Shown here piece after piece: positions 14,887 to 29,100 of a stretch of 64,000 bases of DNA. Below the pieces are notes generated by a model. The model was not told the origin of the DNA, made no database searches, and saw nothing but the letters and a program-made list of their open reading frames with translations. The DNA comes from Lama guanicoe (lineage: Eukaryota): the NCBI GenBank assembly GCA_013239625.1, contig MU056358.1, positions 12,535,285-12,599,284 of the forward strand, in the 5' to 3' direction. Numbering within the stretch: position 1 is the first letter of the stretch; the number at the start of each line of letters is the position of its first letter. Made by a program: the position numbers and the translations under genes.

Positions 14887-16109
14887 CAATGCACTTAATT
14901 ATTAAAGATGAATAGGATAAGTATCCTCATTCAGACATTTGGAGTAACTAATCATTGATCTTTATTCACCACAAGTGTTAATTAAACCTGTTATTCTAGT
15001 TTATTCCTTACTGTTTAGTATGGAAGTATACAATATATCCACTCATCAATAGCTAATATAAAGAATAGTTCAGAGAACCCTTGTGAGGTGTTTTTTGTAA
15101 GCAAAATATTTTCTTTCATTTCACTGACTGAGTCTTAAGTAGCAAAGAAAAGTGAAGAAGTAAGGCCACTATTTGGATAAATAAGACAACAGTATCTTCT
15201 TTTCATCTGCCTTGTTCAATTACTGACTTTGATTCTGCAATTTAGCTTGGCTGTGCAGACCTGACCACAAAGTGCTATTTTTGCCTTCTCAATTTGCTCA
15301 ACATTACCAGTCATTCTCCACCTCTGAAGAGAATAGAAGGGTGAAAAACAGATTCAAACTACAGAAAAGAGGGAATTTAGACCAGCCACCAGGTGAATAT
15401 GCACAGGAGTGAGAACTGGACAAGAAAATGCCTGACTATGGAAGGATGCCGAGTTGCTAAATTAGCTAACTATGTACATTAAAAAAAATAAGACTCACTC
15501 AGTTAGCTCTTGAAAAGCAGGTTTGTTTTACCTTTTTTTTTTTTTCTGGAATAGTATCTTTGATTTTCTATCTTGAATATTGAGGCCATGGACTAGGCCC
15601 AATAGTGAACGCTTAGCAAAAGCTACACAATCTTTGCTCCAATGGATCTAAAAAGTCCTCTTCCAAACATCTGTCTGTATTCAGTGTATTTACTCCAGGA
15701 TTCTTCTGGCAAAGAGTTTTAGCCAGTTTCCTTTGAGCTCAAGTTCTTGCAGGACGGCAGAGCTAAGCGTCCCAAGAACACTCTTCCGTTCCCTGGTACA
15801 GTTCTACTATCTAGTTCTAGCACTGGCCAACGTTAATATTCCTTGCAGTTAACTCAGTTTGAATATTCCTCTAGCAAAAGAGATTCTGCAGAATTATTAA
15901 AGATTAATAGTTAAAGATTCTTCTAAGTAATGAACTCTTCTGCCATAAGATTGATCACTTATCACGACTATCTACCTACCTCTCTAGACTCCTGCCATAC
16001 AACCAGCATTCACCCTTCCTTCCATTAAGACGACTTGTGTTCACCACGCACATCATGCCTTTATTTTGGCCTTTGTGCCCTCTGTATATGCTGTTTCCTC
16101 CACCTAGTA

Positions 16110-16837
16110 CAGTCTCATCCCACCCCCTTCTGCCCTATCCAGCACCTTCACTTGTTCCATCTCCACTGCTACTATCCTGGTCCAAGCTTGCACTTCTGTA
16201 ATAGCCTCCTAGTTGATTTACTCTTGCCCACCTCCAACCCAGCCTCCAAGCCATTCTCTGCACAACAGCTAGGAAATGGAAGTCAGAGCATGTCACGCCG
16301 CTGTGCATAACCTCTGAGGGAGTTCCCCCGTGTCACTCACAAAGTCCTTACAGTGTCCTTCAGGGTCCTACTTGATCCACCCCCTGCATCCCTTGCTGCT
16401 CTCTTTCTTGCTTATTTCACTCATGCAACCCTTGTTTCCCAACGTAGGGCTTTCTCACCACCAGCTCTCTCTGCCTGTAATGCCCTGTCCCCAGCCATCC
16501 CTATAGCTGATAAATCCCCTTACTTCCATCAAGCTTTACTTAACTGTTAGTTTCTTATTGAGGCCTACCTGGCAATCCTTCTTCAGATGGCAGTGCACGG
16601 CCCCCAACCCTCACCACAGGTGCCCCTATTTCCCCTTCATCTGCTCTACTTCTTTTAACACCATGATTTTTTTCTCTTTCTCTCTTACCACGTCATTTAA
16701 TATTTTCATGCTCACTCTTTATTGCTGGATCTCCACACTTGAATCTAAACTCCATGAAAACAGAAATTATCATCAGTTCTATTCATTGATGTAGCCCAAG
16801 CATAATAAGCGTTCAGTAAATATTTGCTGGTTATGAA
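16110..16837 (+). mobile_element. L2 3' region
   Basis: ccatctccactgctactatcctggtccaagc...taaactccatgaaaacagaaat...gttcagtaaatatttgctgg. Confidence 0.75.
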
Positions 16838-19800
16838 CAGCACTTAACACCCAAACTCCTATTTCCTTCTCTATCTCTATTATCAGACTGTGACCTTTTT
16901 CAAGACAGAGAACGTATGTTTCATCTCTGATCTCAAATACCCAATACATTTTCTGGTACAGAGTGGGCATTATATGAACATTTACTGAAGGAAGATGGAA
17001 TGAGAAAAAAACAAAAGATCCATATATGATTCTTTTCGTGAAAATGCAATGCATGTATTTTGTTCATTAAGAAAAGAGTTTCAAGAAGGGAAAGTATATG
17101 ACTTGCAGAATGGCTTGCTTTTTTTTTTTTTTAACCTAAGCGCTGTTAGTTATGTCCTATCATTGTATTTGAGACAAACTGAAAACAACTTAGCATTAGC
17201 GTTGGATCTCTTAGTCATCACTGTCTTCTAGACAAAGCCCCCAAACTGAAACTAATTTGCCCAAGATCATCCTCTGGTTAGCGGCAGGGCCCAAGACTGA
17301 AATCCAGGTCACCAAATCCAGTGCTGCTTTTAATAGATACAACGGAAATTTGGGAAGTTGAGGAGTTTGGTCCACTTAACACAGTTCCTGAAACACACTA
17401 TTAATGGAAGGTTTACTAAGGGAATGAAAGACTATCAATAAGTAAGTTTGAAATATGTTTCTTCTTGTGCTCCTTCTTATGATCCCTTTAATACGCCTGG
17501 ACCACTTTCTCCATTACTTGGTTCATAAAACCCAAATTTTGGAAGCTGAGTCTTAGAATCTAAACGTGAGGATATTTAAAAAAAAAAAGCTTCAGAGCAC
17601 TTTTTATTAGTAGAATTGTTCTATCTGAAAGAACCGTGTCATCCAGAATTCGAAAGTAAACATTTAAATGAGAATTATATCTGTTGGCATGTGACTTTTC
17701 AAAATGATTTTGAATAAAATTCCATGTGCTCATCATGTAAAAGGAAAGCTTAACCACCCAAGACAGTTAAAAACAGAAAGGCTATTAAACACAGAAAGAA
17801 AGGCAGTATGACTGTCATTTCGCGCGTTCACAGTGCAGTACCATCGTTCCCACTTTTTATTCTGAGACGAGTTCCAGGAAATGGAATAGACTAAAATCAC
17901 AGAGTTACAAAAGGCCTCCTCAAAGATGAACTTGCTTCTACTCCTCACTCGACAGAGTGGAACTTCAGGATGTCAGCATTATGATCTTCACTTACTAAAG
18001 TACATGAAAGTGAACTCAGCTGTCAGGGTGGCATGGTAGCCAGAGTACACCCAATTCAAAAGAAAAAAGAAAGAGCTCCCACTTACCAAACATACTGCAG
18101 AGTATGCTCCAAGACATATCCAGCAGCCAGTAAGCGTTCTCTTGGGAATAACACTCACCACGTTCCTTTGTGTGAGTTACAGAACTGGGCTAAAATGTTT
18201 GAGAATGGAAAAACTGAGAATTCTACACAATAGGAAATTTATCCAAGATCACATTATAAATAGGTGACAGAGCAAACCCCCAAGGTCCTGATTTAGTCAC
18301 TGATTCCACAGATAGTTTTAGACTTTCTGCTAGGACCTCGGGACCCAACAGTAAACAAGACAGATGTGGCCCGTGCTTCATGGAGCTGACGTCAGTTACT
18401 AGTTACCAGAACAGCCTCAAAGTATAGAAGCAGTATTATTGGGGCTGCAATCTCAGGGTCTTGCCCTCAGTTCTGTCTTCTATTTTGGTTTTGAGTTTGG
18501 TTTTGGATTGGAAAATCATTGTGTATCTTATGCCCAAAATAAATCTAAACTCACTGAACAGATCTTATTCCCAGGGCTTGAATTACAAACCAAGAGGACA
18601 GCTCCTTGTTACTGCTGGTCCCAGTGGTCACAGTGGGGATGGATCATAGGACACACAGCCATGACAGATTTTTTTTTATTCATTTGTTTGTTAGTTGCTT
18701 TTCTTTTTTCTTTATTTCCTTTTTTCTTTTTTTTTTTTTTTTTTTTGGCTTTTTTTTTTCCTATGAGATCAGAGACTTAGAGCCTCATGGAGATGCTCTG
18801 GCTTTGTTCTTATGTTTACAATTCTCCACACATGAAAGAGGGGCACAGGCAGAAAATGGGCATTCCAGCCTCACTGCCCCATTCACCTCGGCATCTGACT
18901 CATCCAGTAGGTACAAAGTTCGCCCCTGGTTGGAACTGTAATCACAGAGCCTGGGCTGGGAAGGGCAGATTTTCTGGGACACTGCACTCTAAGGAATATG
19001 TTTGNNNNNNNNNNNNNNNNNNNNNNNNNNNNNNNNNNNNNNNNNNNNNNNNNNNNNNNNNNNNNNNNNNNNNNNNNNNNNNNNNNNNNNNNNNNNNNNN
19101 NNNNNNNNNNNNNNNNNNNNNNNNNNNNNNNNNNNNNNNNNNNNNNNNNNNNNNNNNNNNNNNNNNNNNNNNNNNNNNNNNNNNNNNNNNNNNNNNNNNN
19201 NNNNNNNNNNNNNNNNNNNNNNNNNNNNNNNNAAGATAAATATCCTGGACTTTTCCCCCCCTTTTCTCTCTGGTCTGCTTCCTGGGGTCACGAGAATAAG
19301 ATCTAAACCCCCAAAGGACACCACTCTTGTAGTCACTTATTTGTTTATGCGCCATGCGTCCGTGCTCTGGTATCCTCGAAGCTTGAGAAATGATTCTCAT
19401 TTTCAGGTCACACTGCAGAGAACAGGAGCCTCTAGAAAACCTAATTTTCCACTTTGGCCTGAGCTTTCTACTGCTGCTGCTGGTTATTATTATCATATAG
19501 TTGTCATTATTACTATTATAATTCTTTCATCATGTTTAATTTATCTTGATCCATTTTTAAGAGCTGTCCTGTCCATGAATGAAGTGGGAAAACGTAATCA
19601 TCCCCAAGAAAGTATGAAAAAAATGGATTCGACCACCTTGCTGATTGGAAAAAAAGTACAGTTAATATGCTATTTCCTCTGTTTCCAGACTTTTGGACAC
19701 TGTCATATATTTACAAGAACATCACCAGTAAAGCTGTCTGGAGACTGAAGAAAATATTCAAAGCATTTAAATATACATATAACTGAAATATTGTTTAAAA

Positions 19801-20769
19801 ATAAGTTTATCCTCCTTTCCTGACCTTTGGGATACCCAGTGTCATCCCACAATAGCCTAGTCCTCTAAAGGTTTCTAACCTCTGGAAATATGATCACAGT
19901 TGAGTTGAAAACACGTTTTTCCACTTCCCTATACACTTGTGCCACTACTCACTCTCCACAGAACACTCGAAAACCAACCTAGAGAAAGGATGTATTTTCA
20001 ATGGGTTCAGAAAAAAATTCCTGACCAGGGTGACAAATGTATACTGAAATGGAAGACTTTTCTCTCAAAGATTTTAAAAGATTAGATTGTCACCTAATGG
20101 AGCAGCAGATTATGGGAAGTCCTCCAGAGCTGGGTTTCAGAAACCTTTCTAGGAACCTAGCAAAATTCTCATAATACCTGAGCAGTGAGTCCAGCTTCTG
20201 AAGATGAAGGAAGCTGATGTAAGACCCTGAGGCATAGGCACTGAGGAGGATGGCTGAGGAACTCAATGGCTGGTCACGATTCCAACCTCCCTCTTACTTT
20301 AAACATTTAAAAAGAGCCCACAGTACCTTTAGTCACCATGTGGGACATCACCAGGAAAGGTTACATTGCCATTCTTCACATTTTTCCCCCAAACCCTTAG
20401 CACTGTACCTGAGGTAACATAGGTACTGCATCTGGCTCTGTTTCATTCCAAAACTAAGACGTAATGGATTCATTCCACTGTCTAAGGTGAATTAGAATTT
20501 GGTAAGGTGGTGGAATCCCCAGAAGTTATAGTACTAAATAACATTTCAGAAATAGCATTTTATTTGAATCAGAAAATATTCAATATTATATTTATGAAAT
20601 ATATTCAAACTTTTAATTCCATCAAAAAACTATAAACAATTTTGCTACCACAGAGTTGACCGTATATTGAATTTGTAAAATAATATCTCAGATACAAATT
20701 TATGTTCATACACAAACTAAGCCACTGACCCAAGTAAGATTAGATGTTCTGAGACTGGTCAATAATAAT

Positions 20770-21170
20770 CTCTTATGATCCTTTGTATTTGTGTGCGATC
20801 AGTTGTAATGTCTCCTCTTTCATCTCTAATTTCATTCATTGATAGCATGGAGTTAGGCTCCTTCCAGGAGGAAACTGGGTGGTGGGCCTTTTTTGCCTGC
20901 TCCGTCTGTACTTAGCCTGGAGTGGTAGCTGCAGCAAGTGCTCACACCCTTCAATAACTACTTCTTTGTTCGCTGTAGTCTGGCAGGTCTAGTGGACACA
21001 ATTCCTGTTGGCCTTCAAAGCTAGGTGTGTTGGGGCTCTTACTTTAGATGGGAATCTTAAAAGCTCCATCTCTAGATGTTGGGTCCAAACGCTTCACTTT
21101 TCAGGGAGAAGCTGTGAGGTGTGGGGTCCCTTCTGTTCATATGGTGATGTGCTGGGAGATGACTGGATAA
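20770..21170 (-). mobile_element. Old L1 fragments (short ORF2-like piece next to a 5'UTR-like piece)
   Basis: tcttatgatcctttgtattt...agttgtaatgtctcct resembles antisense ORF2; tagatgttgggtccaaacgcttcacttttcagggagaagct resembles an antisense L1M 5' region. Confidence 0.55.
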
Positions 21171-23784
21171 AGAAGTTGTGAGATATATAGACATGAAGTT
21201 GTGATACGTATACCAGCAGTTGGTCTTTGGCATCTTAAGAGAGGGACAAGTAGACACAAAGGAGAGATCAACAGGGAGCAGGAGTTCAGAAAAGGCTTCC
21301 TAAAAGATGTAACACTGGACAAGACTAAGCTTTTGTTAGAGAGGAGAGGAAGAAGATTTTCTAGGTGAAGTCATCACTCCACACTGGCATGTTAATAACT
21401 TTTCAAATGTGTCATTTCTGTTTAACCTGCATGAAATTCAGAGCTCATTTGGAAACTAGAATTCAACAGCGTTGACCTGATTTTTTTAGATTAAATCTGA
21501 AATGTGCCTTTTCAGTCCCTTTCTAAAACAATGTATATATTTTTCCTAAATCACATCTTTTGTGATCACTAACCTATATCGTCTTCACCCTGAACTTCAG
21601 CAAAAACCAACAAAGCTCTCATCTGAAGAAGGGATGAAAAGAAAAAGAAACCAGAATTTATGGTTGCTCCCTGCCTGACAATAGCCATTGTATATTTCAT
21701 TCATCCATTCCCACAAAAATCCTGTCAGCTGAGTAAATATTTCCCCTACTTTAAAGATTTAAATGAGGCCGAAAGGAGTCGACTGACTTCCTTAAATTTG
21801 CAAAGCTAAGTAGCCTTCAAAGCCAACCTAAGGCTGTTTCCTAATCATGTGTTATTTTCCACCATTGCTGCCTGAGGAGAAAAGAGTAAGTTTGTACCTA
21901 GAAAAAGGGTGTGGTCCCCTTGTCACTGGGTTCAACTTACTGTGTGCAGTTGCAGTAAGAATTAACAACTGCTCCAAACTGTTCGTTATCCGGAAAGGAA
22001 TTTGTTAACTCTTTCATTAATTGCCATAATGGGGTCTTCAATAAAGAATGACTCATAGCAGAGGACTCAGATTATATACTTCACTTCTTCCTCTGAGAGC
22101 ATCAAATTGCACTAGATCAATATTCGCAATATCATACTGTAATTTCCGAGAATCAATAGGAAATTGCAAAAAAAAAAAAAAGTAATCAGGCTACAGGTCA
22201 CTGTGTCTTAAATGCTGTTTAAGACTGCCTTTTTCTTCCCTGCCACCCCATTTTCCCCATTTTCTCATTCTAATTATAAACCTCCATGCTCACTCCAGAA
22301 TTTCCATCCAAGGTCATAATAATTTTGTGGGCTGGTTTAATGTATTTGGATGTTCTTCTGGTTGTGTTCTTACTGCTGGGTAGTTGTGGTTGTTTGTTTT
22401 GTAGCACATATCACAAATTAGGTTTTCTTTCTAAAAAAATTAAAAATACTACTGGTACTTTCATAAATTAAAACTTTTTATTTTTAAGAGTTTTCTGTCC
22501 CAAAGTTTTGTTATAAACCATCCAATCAGCAATAATCAAGTGGTAGCCCTATACCACTTGATTATTGCTGATTGGGGTACTTAAAAAAAAATCTTCTCTG
22601 TCCCTAAAATATTATAATCCAATAAAACCTTAATCTTTGATTATCTCAATTTTAACACAAGTAGAAAACAAAAAAAAATTTATTATGTCTCAGTCATCAA
22701 AAATTAAGCTTTTGGATAGGATAATGGAGTTATTTATATCCTCTTCATTTTTATTCATTAAGAAGTCTGTGTCAATTCCAGAAATATTTTAAACCAAAAA
22801 TATAAATAAAATGCTTCTAAAAGGAAAGCAAGATGCCTGCTTCCAGGGATGGGTCACTGCACTGCTCCTGCCTCCCGAAATTCTCCCTCTGAATTTATCC
22901 TATGGATAATGCCTCCTTTATTTAATTCCTTCCTTTTCAATGCAGAAATTTATTAAGTTCTTTTCTGTCTTTTGTCTTGCAAGAGTCTTTTGCTGCTGAA
23001 TTAATCCAGTAGTCAAATAGGGGGAAAGAAAAGTAAAGGAAAGTCTACTCTTTCATTTTTCTTCATAAATTATAATCTTACTTAAAATATTGTAGCAATA
23101 TTTAGGATACTGACAGACACTTTTATAAATGAAGAGCAGAGGTTATTATTTCTCATTTTACAGGTGAGAGAATGGAGGGTGAGAGAGGTGAAGTCACTCA
23201 CCCAGGTCCAAGAAAAAGAATCCCTCCTGAATGAGAGTTCATGTCCTTTGCTCATTGTTCAGTGACACATCCCCTCAACTTCCAAGGGAACAGGCAGTAT
23301 AATAAAGCAAGAAACAAGAGTGGCTGGAGGCAAAACCTCTGGTTATGTTCGCTGTTGGAGAGCCTTACGAGAATATCCACACTAATGAGAGCAAGAGACA
23401 CGGAATCCACGAAGTTCACCTTCTAGATGTGCCACTGCATGGCTGTGTGGCTTGACGCAGATCCCAAAACCACTCCAGGACTCATCTGTTAACATTTTAG
23501 AAACACTACAGATATGTTAAATGCCAAAGAGAACTAGCAGACACGGTATTTTTGTCCTTGACCTTTCATATGACTAAGGTGTTCCTGTATCTGGGAGGAC
23601 TGCAACTTGGGGCTGTAGTCAAAGAGGATGGGAATCCACATTCCACTCACACTGAGGAGACTTCTTGAAGGAAGTGGGATCAGAAGTGGACGTGAAAGAA
23701 CCAGGTCAATTTCATGTAGTCATTCAGATTTATTGCTGACCTTCCCTTCATCAGCCTCAGCTCTAAATCCAATCAATTAAGCAA

Positions 23785-24225
23785 TGAAACCTAACAAAAG
23801 CCCTACCCTTGTGGAGCTTCTGTTCCGTAAATAAGCTTGCAAATACACAGCATGTCACACAGAGATAAATAAAGCAGGGAGGGGACTATGGAGTCCCGGG
23901 TGTGGGGGGAGGAGTTACTGTTTTATATAAGGGGGTCTGGGAAACCTTCTCATAGGAGCAGAGACCTGGAGACGAGGGAGCAAGGCATGTGGACGTACGG
24001 GGCGAGCATTTCCAGGAAGACACTAACAGAGCCTGAGGCGAGCACCTGCTTGACGTGTTAGAGGAGATAAAGAAGCCAGCGTGGCTGCATGAAGCTCGCA
24101 CAGAAGAGATAGAGGAGATGAGGCTGGAGGGGTGGTGGGGTCAAATCCCAGAGGACCTCTTAAGGATTTTGGCTTTTACTCTGAGTTAGATTAGAAGCCA
24201 GCAGGAAGCTCTGGGAGAGAAGTGA
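23785..24225 (-). mobile_element. L2 fragment
   Basis: ccctacccttgtggagctt...ggagcagagacctgga...aaggattttggcttttactctgag. Confidence 0.75.
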
Positions 24226-25899
24226 CCAGAAACAGAGCAAAGATTTAGAAGAGGGCACATTTTAAAATTATGGTTTGCTTATCAGAAAAGCTAATAAAAA
24301 AACCTAAGGAGGCCTGTCAAGGTTGACATCCTAACACAAATCTTCTGTAAATTCTGAGGATTCTAAGACATTTTAATTTCACAAGAGTAAACCTTTTGTT
24401 AAAATCTCCAGGGTACTTCACTCAAACTAGAATCAATTCTATTGCACGTTACCAACAAGCACAGGTGAATTTACTTTTCATAGTTAAGTTGTGATTTTTC
24501 TACTCCAGCCTCAAAACTGGACCAAAGTACTTACCCAGATAACGATGTACATTCTCCATCCATACTTCCTACCATATAACTGTCGATTATCTCTACAGAA
24601 ACAAAAGATAGAACAGAGTCACGTTTGCTAAGCTCTGAATATCATAGTGATTATAGGATACTCTTTCCTCTGTAAACCTGTCTGCCCCACAACACAAAGC
24701 CCCTACTCCAACTGTGTGACTTCAGGCAACCCTCACGTTGTCCTGGCCTCTTTTACTTCCTGTGCATAATAGTGACAGTAAGGTGGCCTACTTCAGTCCT
24801 TATAATATTTATTACTAATGCCAGCACCGTCATTAAATGTTATGGGCTTCATTGATCAAAGTATTAAGTCATTTCTGCAACAATTATTGAAGCATCTTTC
24901 TTATGTCAGACACCAGAAAGGGGACAGAGAGAAAAGATGTGACCGCTACCCTTGAACAACCACTAACCACGGGGGAGAGGCCAGCATACATCTTGGAACG
25001 CACTATGAGGCAGGATGCAGCAGGGGCTGCGGCACAGGTATTAGGGCAATAGAATCACTTGTTTAGCACTTTACATTTTAAAAATATAATTGTACATACA
25101 GCTTCTCATTTGATTTTTAAACCACTTACAGGCAATCTGCAAACAATCTGTACTTACTAAACACAGTTGAAGGTAATGCAAATTCCAACTGGGGATTAAG
25201 GAAAGGGCAGGAGTAGTTCAAGAAAGGCCTCTCAAGAGAAACTTGAAGAATAAGATATTTTAAAATTGGGTGAATATTTGCACATGTGTAATATGAAAGA
25301 CTTTACAAATTCCCAAACAGCCACTGCCTCTCACCCAAGGATGGAATCTCTTGCTTTCTGGTTCATGATGACCTTGACTTTTCCATTCTGGGGAAAACTA
25401 CGTGGATTCTGGCCTATAATAGTTTACTCAGTCTCATCCCTTGTCAAAAGGTCAAGATACTAAAAACTTCTGCTCAATATTTCTCAAGAAAGAAAATATT
25501 GACACCCATCATCAACATTCAGGAACCTAGCAAACATAAATCTTGTTTTCAAGAGTAACACGGGTAAAAACTGAAATTTTAAAAATGACATTCTGCCAGA
25601 AATGTATAAGCACTTACTGGTTTTATTAGGAAGAAAAACACTGTTGAAACCACAATATGACACTCCTGATGACACAGGAGTGTCATATTCTGGCTCTACG
25701 TCACTGAGAATCACAGGGCAATCTGGTTTGGTTCCTCCAAATTGGAAACTACTTCACATAATGTGTTGACTGAAAATATTCTCTCTGCCAGTTTGGAAAT
25801 ACCTTCTTTCTTGAAGCTGATCTTTGCTTAATGACTTTGGTAACCACAGAAGGTTAACCCAAATTGAAGGTTAACTGCATGAGTATTATGGAATCAGTG

Positions 25900-26025
25900 A
25901 AATACACTGAACAGAGAATCAGGGATGTGAGGTCTGCCCCAAGTTGTGACATTAACTAGCCCTGAGGCCTTGAACAAGTAATCCAAGCTCTCTGGTCCTC
26001 AGTTATGTCATATATCAAATAAAAG
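25900..26025 (+). mobile_element. MIR fragment
   Basis: actagccctgaggccttgaacaagtaatccaagctctctggtcctcagtt. Confidence 0.65.
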
Positions 26026-26079
26026 AATCCTTCTCGGAAAAAAACTTTCTCTTTTTAAGGAAAATTTTAATTAAAACAC

Positions 26080-26082
<3 letters not shown>

Positions 26083-26144
<62 letters not shown>

Positions 26145-26146
26145 AT
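26083..26146. repeat. Compound (TC)n(AC)n microsatellite
   Basis: A tc run directly followed by an ac run. Confidence 0.95.
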
Positions 26147-29100
26147 GCTACATACAAATACACCTATTGGAATAAGTTCTCATCTTTTTTCACAGAATCA
26201 CCAAAAAAAAGTTTCTTTATCTTTTAGTACCACTGGAACAATGGATCATTTTCCCCACTTTATCAAAATTTCATCTAGTCAATACTGTTTCTTGTCCTGT
26301 GGGGAGCATCTTTAATCGACACTGGCCCATATGTCACTTTTTCCTGTTTGGCGCTCACGATAAAATTGGCCAGATCATCTATTTCCAGGTGAATTTCACC
26401 ATCAGGGAAACATCAAGGAAGAAGTAGAGAAGGGACAGCAGAAATTGACAGCAACTTATTTCAACCATAAATTCCTATTTCTAGCACACGCAGTGCCATC
26501 CGATTGCTTTATAAGTTGTCATTAGAGTAAAAGTTCATGGGAAGGGACAACAGTACATTTGCTGAAAAGCTGGAAAGAAAACATTTAGCTTTATGTCTTT
26601 TCAAATTTTTTTTTTCAGATTGCCAATATAAAGGATGAACCTTTGAACTTTAAGGCATTTTAAACTTGTCCTAAAAGAACCAATAAAAGCAAGTAAATCA
26701 CTCTGAACCATTTTTGTTCCTCCATCCTAGGTGTATGATTTTGCCTTCCCACACTGTCCTCACGCTCCAGGAAGTGTCATCTCCGGGACTACTGCAGGTA
26801 GATGAGAGGAGATGCAGTAGCTTGGATGACACTCTTGTACCTACCTGATGCCCCTCTGGCAAATATGCCCCCATTCTGAACCCTGTCCTTCGTGCTCCCT
26901 CACACCCATCTCACCCCACATGCCGAGAGGCTTCCAAAGAGCTCTCATTGAGTGGATTCTTTTAGCAAAATGGGAAGGAACCTTGCAGATTACTTAATCA
27001 AAGTTTGCAAGCTCTTTTACAAAATTAACAGGACTATTTCTTAAACAGTATTACACTAAGAAATACAATATCAAAGGCATAAAAGTGGAGTCACTTTGAT
27101 TGAATTCAGGAGGTGAATGGGACTGTGATGCCCATCGGACAGCCTTCTCTTCCCTCTCCTCAGTCTGCTGTACTCATTTGCTACATGGGGAAACCAGAGA
27201 CACATTCCTATCTATATAATAGGAAGTTTATATAATAAATATATACTATTCTATTAATCTATTGTATATTATATAACATATATAATTGAAGTTTTTCTAC
27301 TTACAGATTTTAAATATACTAATTTTTATTCAGACTAGCAAAGTTATGATCGGGAATTAAAAATTCTACCCATTGAACCACAACCGGATGAGGGCACAAA
27401 CAGCCATACATGGTCATCAGGTCCACAACCACTGCACTTCCTTAGTTTATGGTGTTTTTTATGAAAAGTGCTTACTCCATTTTGAAAGGTTAAAAATAGT
27501 GAGAACATTAAAAGTGCTGGTAAGGAGATACGTATATATGATATATGATTATAAGAGGTGTGAGATAATTTGTTTTAAGTGTTGATAAAAGTGCCCAGTT
27601 TTACAATGCACACATGAGATTAACCAGTGGAACGTTCCACTGCACACTGACAGCATGACTCAAAACTTGGGGAAGCCCACATACCTGTGCTGATGCAACT
27701 GTGCATCAAGAGATGAGGAGAAGCAACTGACCAAACAGGGAAACTTTGGTGCATGGGGCTACAGAGTTGATATTTACCTCTGATGCCTGTTAACCTTGTG
27801 ATAATTGGAAAAGATGTCAGACTTAGGATCAAGAACTGAAAACTGACTCTTCATTAAAGTGTTGCTGTTGAAACTTTCGTTCCAAGCTACAGATGGTTCT
27901 TTGGTTTTAAAGCCCATTTGAATCTAAACAGAATCAAAGTGAGCATCAAAGTTGTGAAGGAGAACATAGCTGGTGGGAAATTCTTTACAGCATTCACAGG
28001 GAACAGCAAGGGTAATCCCATCCCTGCCGATTTTTGATGTGGAAAAATCAGTCCTTGTAGGAAGGGAATAATATGCCTATTTACCACTTCATACGTTTAT
28101 AACAATGATGGAACTGTAGGCATAAACTCTCCTCAATCACTTTGGACTTAGGGCCAAAGGGATTTATGGACAGCTCTTTTGGAGTCTAATTAATTCATAC
28201 ATAGAGAACCAATTTGCTCTATAAAATGAACAAATAAACTTTTTAGTTTAAATTATTTTAATAGTAAGAATTTCAGACATCTAGGAAAGTACAATAAAAA
28301 CATAACAAACCAAGTGCCCACTATCCAACTCTAGTAAACCCTAACACTTTTACTGATGTTCCAGATGACTTCTTAATTTTAATGAAGTTAATTTACCAAT
28401 TTTTTCNNNNNNNNNNNNNNNNNNNNNNNNNNNNNNNNNNNNNNNNNNNNNNNNNNNNNNNNNNNNNNNNNNNNNNNNNNNNNNNNNNNNNNNNNNNNNN
28501 NNNNNNNNNNNNNNNNNNNNNNNNNNNNNNNNNNNNNNNNNNNNNNNNNNNNNNNNNNNNNNNNNTGGTCTTTTTTTTTTACATATGCATGTATATTTGT
28601 TACAGCAAAATTTGAACAAATAAACTTCTGTTTAACATCAAAATCCCTTTATCTTGAATGACTTGGTCTATTTCGAGGGCACTGTACTTAAATTTTTATT
28701 TTCCTTTGGAGATATAGTTTGGTGGGCAGAATGAAGTCTAATCAAGTAGCCCTCATTACTATTAGAACTTCTTGAGTTATTTCAGAGTTCCAAGATTATT
28801 TTCATTTTTCCCCTAATTTTAAAGTACAACATAAAAATAAATTGTATTGTGTTTTGAGTAATAAAATCTATTCTCATCAGCTTAATGTGCCAAATTCTCC
28901 CTGTAAAGCTAATTAACTAGATAAAAGGTCCCTATCAGGCCTGAAGCACTTCCTGTCTCTAAGGGCCTAACTCAGTAATTAATTGTGTTTCTGAGAGTCT
29001 CTGAAAACACTTTTCCAGCTTCATGGGTCTTTAGAAATGAAACATCTTGGGCATTATCCAAAATATCTTACTCTCTCAATCTGCTTAGAGTCCAGTCAGG

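Noticed and set aside
18387-18394. CRE palindrome TGACGTCA
   Set aside because: Isolated 8-mer with no promoter context; could occur by chance.
18787-19748. Long ORFs of 150-248 aa
   Set aside because: Inflated by the N run at 19005-19232; the same applies to ORFs at 14.7, 28.4, 30.2, 35.8 and 59.3 kb.
27205-27330. TA-rich quasi-palindrome
   Set aside because: Low complexity only, with no complex arms.
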